Source of the DNA: Eledone cirrhosa
Taxonomy: Eukaryota
DNA length: 64,000 nucleotides
Direction of reading: 5' to 3'
NCBI GenBank assembly: GCA_964016885.1
Contig: OZ024753.1
Coordinates: 38,688,001 to 38,752,000 of the forward strand
In this document: positions 57,255-64,000 of the stretch, piece after piece
How positions within the stretch are numbered: position 1 is the stretch's first letter
How the letters are laid out: each line of letters starts with the position of its first letter
Position numbers and translations under genes: made by a program
The notes under the pieces: model-generated
What the model was told of the DNA's origin: nothing
The model's input: the letters and a program-made list of their open reading frames with translations, nothing else
Databases searched by the model: none

Positions 57255-57294
<40 letters not shown>

Positions 57295-57812
57295 CATATA
57301 CGTATATATCTTGAGGAGCCACCAGACGCAGATGATTATAAATACTAGTTGAGAAAATCAGGTAAATATTTCTTTAAAACTGCCGCTCAATATTATTTTT
57401 TCATAGAGAGTTATGCATTGGGGCGGCGAGGTAATGCTGAGTGGGGAGCTATACCTTTGTAAACTCTGGGATCCCCGTGACCCCCCACGGCTTCGTGACA
57501 TCTGTAGATAGAGAGATAAATATATAAATAGGTTAATTAGTTAGTTCGCTTGTTGTTGAGCCACAAGTCAAGTCTGATCAAGCAGAACCATTAACGAATG
57601 TGTTACAGCTGTTAACAGACGCTGTTTGCTTAGCTTCTGTTTTGTTTGTATATGTATGATTACATTGTTTAATATTTCTTTCATTTTGTTTATGACATGG
57701 CATGATTTGAAGGTGATTTGGTTGCTATTTCTAGCAGGTGGAGTAATATTAGATACCATCGGTTCAATCTTCATATAATATTACATTTCTTTATATATAT
57801 ATGTTCTCAAGT

Positions 57813-58150
57813 GAAGGCTTAGTGGTTAGAGCATTGGGCTTGCAATTGAGAAGTTGTGAGTTCGATTCTCGGACCGGGTGATGTGTTGTGTCCTTGAGCA
57901 AGACACTTTATTTCACGTTGCTCCAGTTTACTCAGCTGTAGAAATGAGTTGAGACGTCACTGGTGCCAAGCTGTATCGATTCATTGCCTTTCCCTTAGAC
58001 AACATCGGTGGCGTAGAGAGGGGAGACTGGTATGTATGGGCGACTGCTGGTCTTTCACAAAAAAACCTTGTTCAGGCTTCTACCTCGAAAGGAAACTTTC
58101 TAGGTGCAAAACCATGGTCATTCGTGACCTAGTGGGGACAAAGCAAAGAA
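57813..58150 (+). mobile_element. near full-length CORE-like tRNA SINE
   Basis: ggcttagtggttagagc (A box), gagttcgattctc (B box), gtgtccttgagcaagacact. Confidence 0.85.
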
Positions 58151-58529
58151 TATGTTCTCAGCAGGGATGGATTAAACCTGCACGGAGCCCCTGGGGTCAT
58201 TGCGTATTATATATTGTAGCAATAAATAAATAAGTAAACAAATAAATTTTGGGGCACTGACTGAAACTGCGGTGCATTAATTTAAAGTAGCATAAAAATA
58301 TATTCAGGGACCTTTAAATATGGTGGGGGTTCATCGACACAGCTCAGTCAGCCCAACTCTAGGCCTTATTTCATATATATATAATAATTTTGATCAATAC
58401 ACAAACTATCACTCAGGAGTGCTAAAAGTAGCTCATCATTAGGTCCTTAAGTCAGCTCAACTAAATTAAAATTAAAAAAAAAGATTTTTTAGGAGCAGAA
58501 ATACTTACTTTCCGATTTTCGTATGTTAT

Positions 58530-58584
<55 letters not shown>

Positions 58585-58646
58585 GTATGGACTTGGATAC
58601 ATTTTGTCTAGGAAATATTTATACTACTATGTTATTCTATCATATT

Positions 58647-59060
<414 letters not shown>

Positions 59061-59136
59061 ATACTCTGCTCTGTAAGAGCATCGGGTGCTCAAACGGCCT
59101 ACCGCATACGGACGCTTTAAGCATCCCACACCAATT

Positions 59137-59286
<150 letters not shown>

Positions 59287-59340
59287 TTACACTCACACGT
59301 GTGTGTATATACCGAATGTATTCTTCATTAAATAAATATA

Positions 59341-59371
<31 letters not shown>

Positions 59372-59640
59372 AAAATCAATGGAATAATTTAAAAGAAGGA
59401 AACTCTAATTAGTTATTCAGTCTTTGCTGTTGTATGTTGATTGATTTGTAATGTAAATGTAATAATTCTCTATATATAGGTTACACTGAACCGTTATAAC
59501 AATACACATACGTATATGTTTATATATATGTGTATATATACATATATATATGTATATAAATATATATATGAATATGTATATATATATATATATATATATG
59601 TATGTCTGTATATATATATGTGTGTGTGTGTGTAAGACTA

Positions 59641-59713
<73 letters not shown>

Positions 59714-59744
59714 TTATATATTTATATATACATATATATATATG

Positions 59745-59808
<64 letters not shown>

Positions 59809-59989
59809 TATATATATATGCGTGTATATCTATGTTAGCTCGTATGTAACATCTGCTGCAAGCGTTCCGCCATCTCTATGCTTTTGTTTACGAAGCAATG
59901 TTGCTCAGTGTTAATTTACGCTTGACTACTGTCAAGCGTAAATTTTAATTTACTTATGATTTCTGATGTTACGTTTATAATGTTGTTTT

Positions 59990-59995
59990 TGTAGC

Positions 59996-60049
<54 letters not shown>

Positions 60050-60156
60050 TTTAGTATTAGTAGTAGTAGTAGTAGTAATAGTTTTAGTATTAGTAGTAGC
60101 AGCAGTAGTAGTAGTAATAGTAATAATTTTAGTAATAGCAGTAGTAGTAGTAATAA

Positions 60157-60202
<46 letters not shown>
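59990..60202. repeat. (TAG)n microsatellite
   Basis: Direct reading. Confidence 0.95.
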
Positions 60203-60204
<2 letters not shown>

Positions 60205-60349
60205 CTGTTGTTCTTTTTGTTGTTTAAACCAAATTCAGCTCTCGTCCCCATCCAGTAGACCCGCTGCCACAAAACACTAATGCTGTGACCATCCTGCCTT
60301 TGTTTCCTTAATTATGTTACCCTCACTACTAATGAGGGAGATACGGTTG

Positions 60350-60387
<38 letters not shown>

Positions 60388-60537
60388 ATACTTTGGGAGG
60401 GTCATGTTGCCAATAAGAAACACACGCACCAGTTGCTTTCACTTCAATTTATTATATATTTATAAATTTACAAATTTACAAATTTATAAATTTCTGGTTG
60501 GTTGGTTGGTTCCACAACCAGATAGTTGTTTATATAT

Positions 60538-60582
60538 AGTCATAGTGCTTTCGTCACACACTCTGTGACCTCTTCAGTGACT
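60538..60582 (-). ncRNA. type I hammerhead ribozyme (family L)
   Basis: AGTCA-CTGAAGA-gGTCACA gagtg TGTGAC-GAAAG CA CTA-TGACT. Confidence 0.85.
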
Positions 60583-60669
60583 GGGGATTCCTTTCTTTGT
60601 TTCTGTGCCTTTCCTTTCTTCTGTCCTACGCCATTTTGTATATATATATATACATATATATATATATAC

Positions 60670-60852
60670 AGGTAAGTTATTCCGGGTTGAATCGGAGGTA
60701 ACCACAGTAAGTAAGGTACTCAATACATAGCAGAGTATAAAAGTTTTAATATAGATGAGATTCTACAGGACTAGAACTGTTTCATTCTTTAGAAATCATC
60801 AGATTTCATCAAAGAATAAAACAGTTCTAGTCCTGTAGAATCTCATCTATCT
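60670..60852. mobile_element. family G palindrome (GATTC subfamily)
   Basis: Same sequence as 11701-11840 plus an inverted short arm. Confidence 0.85.
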
Positions 60853-61028
60853 CTCTCTCTCTATATATAAACATATACATGTATATATATGTACTCCTGA
60901 AAAACCCGACACGTCGAACTTTCTTTCCTCTTTTCCATATAAAACTTATATGAAACTAAGAAGATTTTGTATCGTTCTTTTGCCGTCTCGTTTAACTATA
61001 TATGCATATATATATATGCATATATATA

Positions 61029-61129
<101 letters not shown>

Positions 61130-61132
61130 AAT

Positions 61133-61183
61133 GGCTTCTACAGGACTAGAACTGTTTCATTCGGGAAAAATCATCAGGAAGCC
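61133..61183 (-). ncRNA. type I hammerhead ribozyme (family G)
   Basis: GGCTTC-CTGATGA-TTTTTCCCGAAT-GAAACAG ttctagtc CTGTA-GAAGCC. Confidence 0.9.
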
Positions 61184-61313
61184 GACTGTACAAGTAATAT
61201 GGTGGTATTTATACATTTTTAGGTGATAGGAGAGGATGGTGATGGTGATTGGGATGGGTTGGAGGTCATTGGTTGATTGATTTAAAGAAAAGGGGAACCC
61301 TGGATAAACTTAT

Positions 61314-61362
<49 letters not shown>

Positions 61363-61573
61363 ATATATATATATAAAAAAAAGATGAAATCGAAAATGCA
61401 ACTGGGGTCTTATTTAAAAAAATATATATATTTATTTGGTTCCTTTACCGGTTTCGCAGATCTTCTTTTCAAAAGTAGAGTTGAGATGGAGGGTCTGTGG
61501 TTTTTCTCATATCTTTATACTTTCACTCGTATAGGACACCTCGTTTATTTTTCATTTTGTAAAAGAACCTCAC

Positions 61574-61611
<38 letters not shown>

Positions 61612-61815
61612 GGGAGGAGGTTATAGTTCACTTGAAGCATTGTGTAATGAGGTATAAACGTTTGAATATGTGTAATAAGGCCGAAGAAGAGATATTATCT
61701 CGAAAATTAAGGACATTTAAATAAATTCAAGGTGAAAGACGAATTCTTTTACTATTGCATTCTTTTTTCTATGTCCATACCTGCATTGTTTTGGCCTTAT
61801 TACACATATTCAAAC

Positions 61816-61933
<118 letters not shown>

Positions 61934-62121
61934 CAAACAACCACGCAAAACCTTGTTTATGTGTGAGTCCCGCAAACATTGTTACATAGTGATGTCAATT
62001 TGTGGTGTTTAAACATTCGCGAATAGAATAACGTTCCTAGTGTGAATATCACTACCAGCATACTGTCAACTGACAGTTTAAAAGTCTATGGTCCATCTGG
62101 TTCCTTACCACAATTCCTTTG

Positions 62122-62163
<42 letters not shown>

Positions 62164-62167
<4 letters not shown>

Positions 62168-62349
62168 TTGAAGACTAAAATCCAAAGAGGGCTCTAACCA
62201 AAGTATCGTCTTCCTGTTTTCCTTCGGTTGTAACGTTTTTTGAAATATTTACCTCTGCGTTCACAGATTGATATTTTTAGTTTCAGAAGATCCCGTTAAG
62301 GGTGAAAGCAGCGATTCTTTGCTTAAACCATAATCTGTTATTTTAATAA

Positions 62350-62406
<57 letters not shown>

Positions 62407-62615
62407 GATAAATCTACCAAAAGTTTACGGTAGTGTCCAATCCGTATGAAGAACTCAATGTAATCCGGATATCATGAAAAGAAGAGATGCATTCAAAAAC
62501 CACTTTCGGTGAAAGATAAACGGAAAACAGAGTCAAGATAAATAATAATGAACTTTTTTTGTTTAATATAAGGAACTGTTTCTTTGTTTATTCATTATTT
62601 TTTTAAATAATTTAT
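62164..62615. mobile_element. adjacent rearranged family E (motif 62279-62329 +) and family B copies
   Basis: Termini match 18802 and 8097; each is (TA)n-flanked. Confidence 0.8.
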
Positions 62616-63574
62616 ATATATATATATATATATATGGGATAACAAGTTATCGTTTTAGGTAATTCAGTTTGAGGTTGTGAGTAGTCTGTACTGTGGATAG
62701 TTTTAACGTACGGCGTTGTTTGACTCAACAAGAGGTTTCCTTAGTTAGGTAGCGAGTTCGCGAGAATTGCCATGTAGGTTATTCTTGGAGTAATAGTAGT
62801 GAAAGGGTGAAGAATAACATGGTCGGCTGTACAAAAAGTGTTTTATTCATAGTATTAACAATTGTTTCATTGACCAGGTGAGTCTAAAGGCCGCTGATCA
62901 CTCGAAGTTGCGTCACTCGACCTTAAATACAGTGTGTGTCTCTGATCAAATAATCGGAATATATATATATATTTACATACTGGAGTCATATGCCAGGTAT
63001 ATATGGAAGTATACGTTAGCTACTGTCGGTAACACTAGATATATAAATACAAATCTATAAATATATTAATAAAATTAAATAAATGAATTCATTACATAAG
63101 TGTTTTAATGACTAAGATAATTTATGCTCGCATAGTTGTATTGTTTATCATTGTTATTACTGCTGTTGATTAGCCTGGGTACACCTAGACTAAAAATCCA
63201 TCCTGCCGTGACAATCCATATTGTTTAACGCTTTCGTTAAAATATTTCCAATAAAAGACACTGCCTATTATTTCCCAAAGAAGTTTGAATATACTCAAAA
63301 GCTTGGAGAGATTTAATATAACTAAGTTTTTAATTAAACTTGAGTGAGGTTGTTGGGTTGGCATAATCGTTATAGCGCCAAACAAATGGGTTATTGCCTT
63401 TTGTCAAGATTGTGTATCTCTCTCCAATCACTCACATATAAAACCCGCGAATGCATTTATGTATCAGCTACAGTAGAGCGAAAAACAAAATTCTAATTTT
63501 TTTACACACACACATACACGTATATATATATATTAGAAATAGGATTTAGTCGTAGCTATACAAACACAGGAACA

Positions 63575-63618
63575 ACCGTCTATGCATTTCAGACTTGACT
63601 GTTCTTCATCAGGACGGT
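63575..63618 (-). ncRNA. minimal type I hammerhead ribozyme
   Basis: ACCGTC-CTGATGA-AGA acagtcaag TCT-GAAAT GC ATA-GACGGT. Confidence 0.85.
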
Positions 63619-64000
63619 CCCTAAAGTAACGGACCAACTTACTGAATCAAGAGAACGCTTTCCTTTGAAAAACCGTGGCTAAGACAGCAACGTAACATAA
63701 AATATATTGCTCAAGAACACAACACCCCTTCCTCTCAAGGATCTGAACCTACAACCTTCAAATCCTGAGTCAAAAACATTCTAACCACTAGTCAACCTGC
63801 CTTTACGCATCAACCAAAATAGACGTAAATCGCTGGCGTATGAGGAACATGTACTTTTAGATGGCAAGAAAAATTGTACTGAATTTATTATATACAATAA
63901 TAAAATTGGAAAAGCAGTGTCCCCTATATACATATATATGTTAATCAATTGAAATATATGTAAGGTTTTCCTAAGAAGCGACTTATTGTATGTAACGTAT

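Overview
AT-rich, microsatellite-saturated metazoan DNA. The SINE inventory and very high (TA)n density suggest a cephalopod or octopus-like genome (inference). No host gene can be identified with confidence, and almost all six-frame ORFs are microsatellite artefacts. The window is dominated by retroelement debris: Nin/Deu-domain and CORE-like tRNA SINEs, RTE LINE 3' ends, a Tx1/L1-like 3' end sitting in (GATA)n, and a pogo-like TIR remnant. The main hidden structure is about a dozen unrelated families of short elements inserted into (TA)n tracts, usually as asymmetric head-to-head palindromes. Each carries a type I hammerhead ribozyme motif (stem I-CUGANGA-stem II-GAAA-stem III-UH-stem I); about 30 complete or partial motifs were found by eye. 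One copy is contiguous with the C-terminus of a Penelope-like (PLE) ORF, which ties the system to PLE retrotransposons. Several families carry recurrent non-canonical cores (CAGAAGA, CCGACGA, UUGAAAA, and U-U at 10.1-11.1), and palindrome centres cluster at or inside the ribozyme. All structures were folded manually; none was computed or tested.
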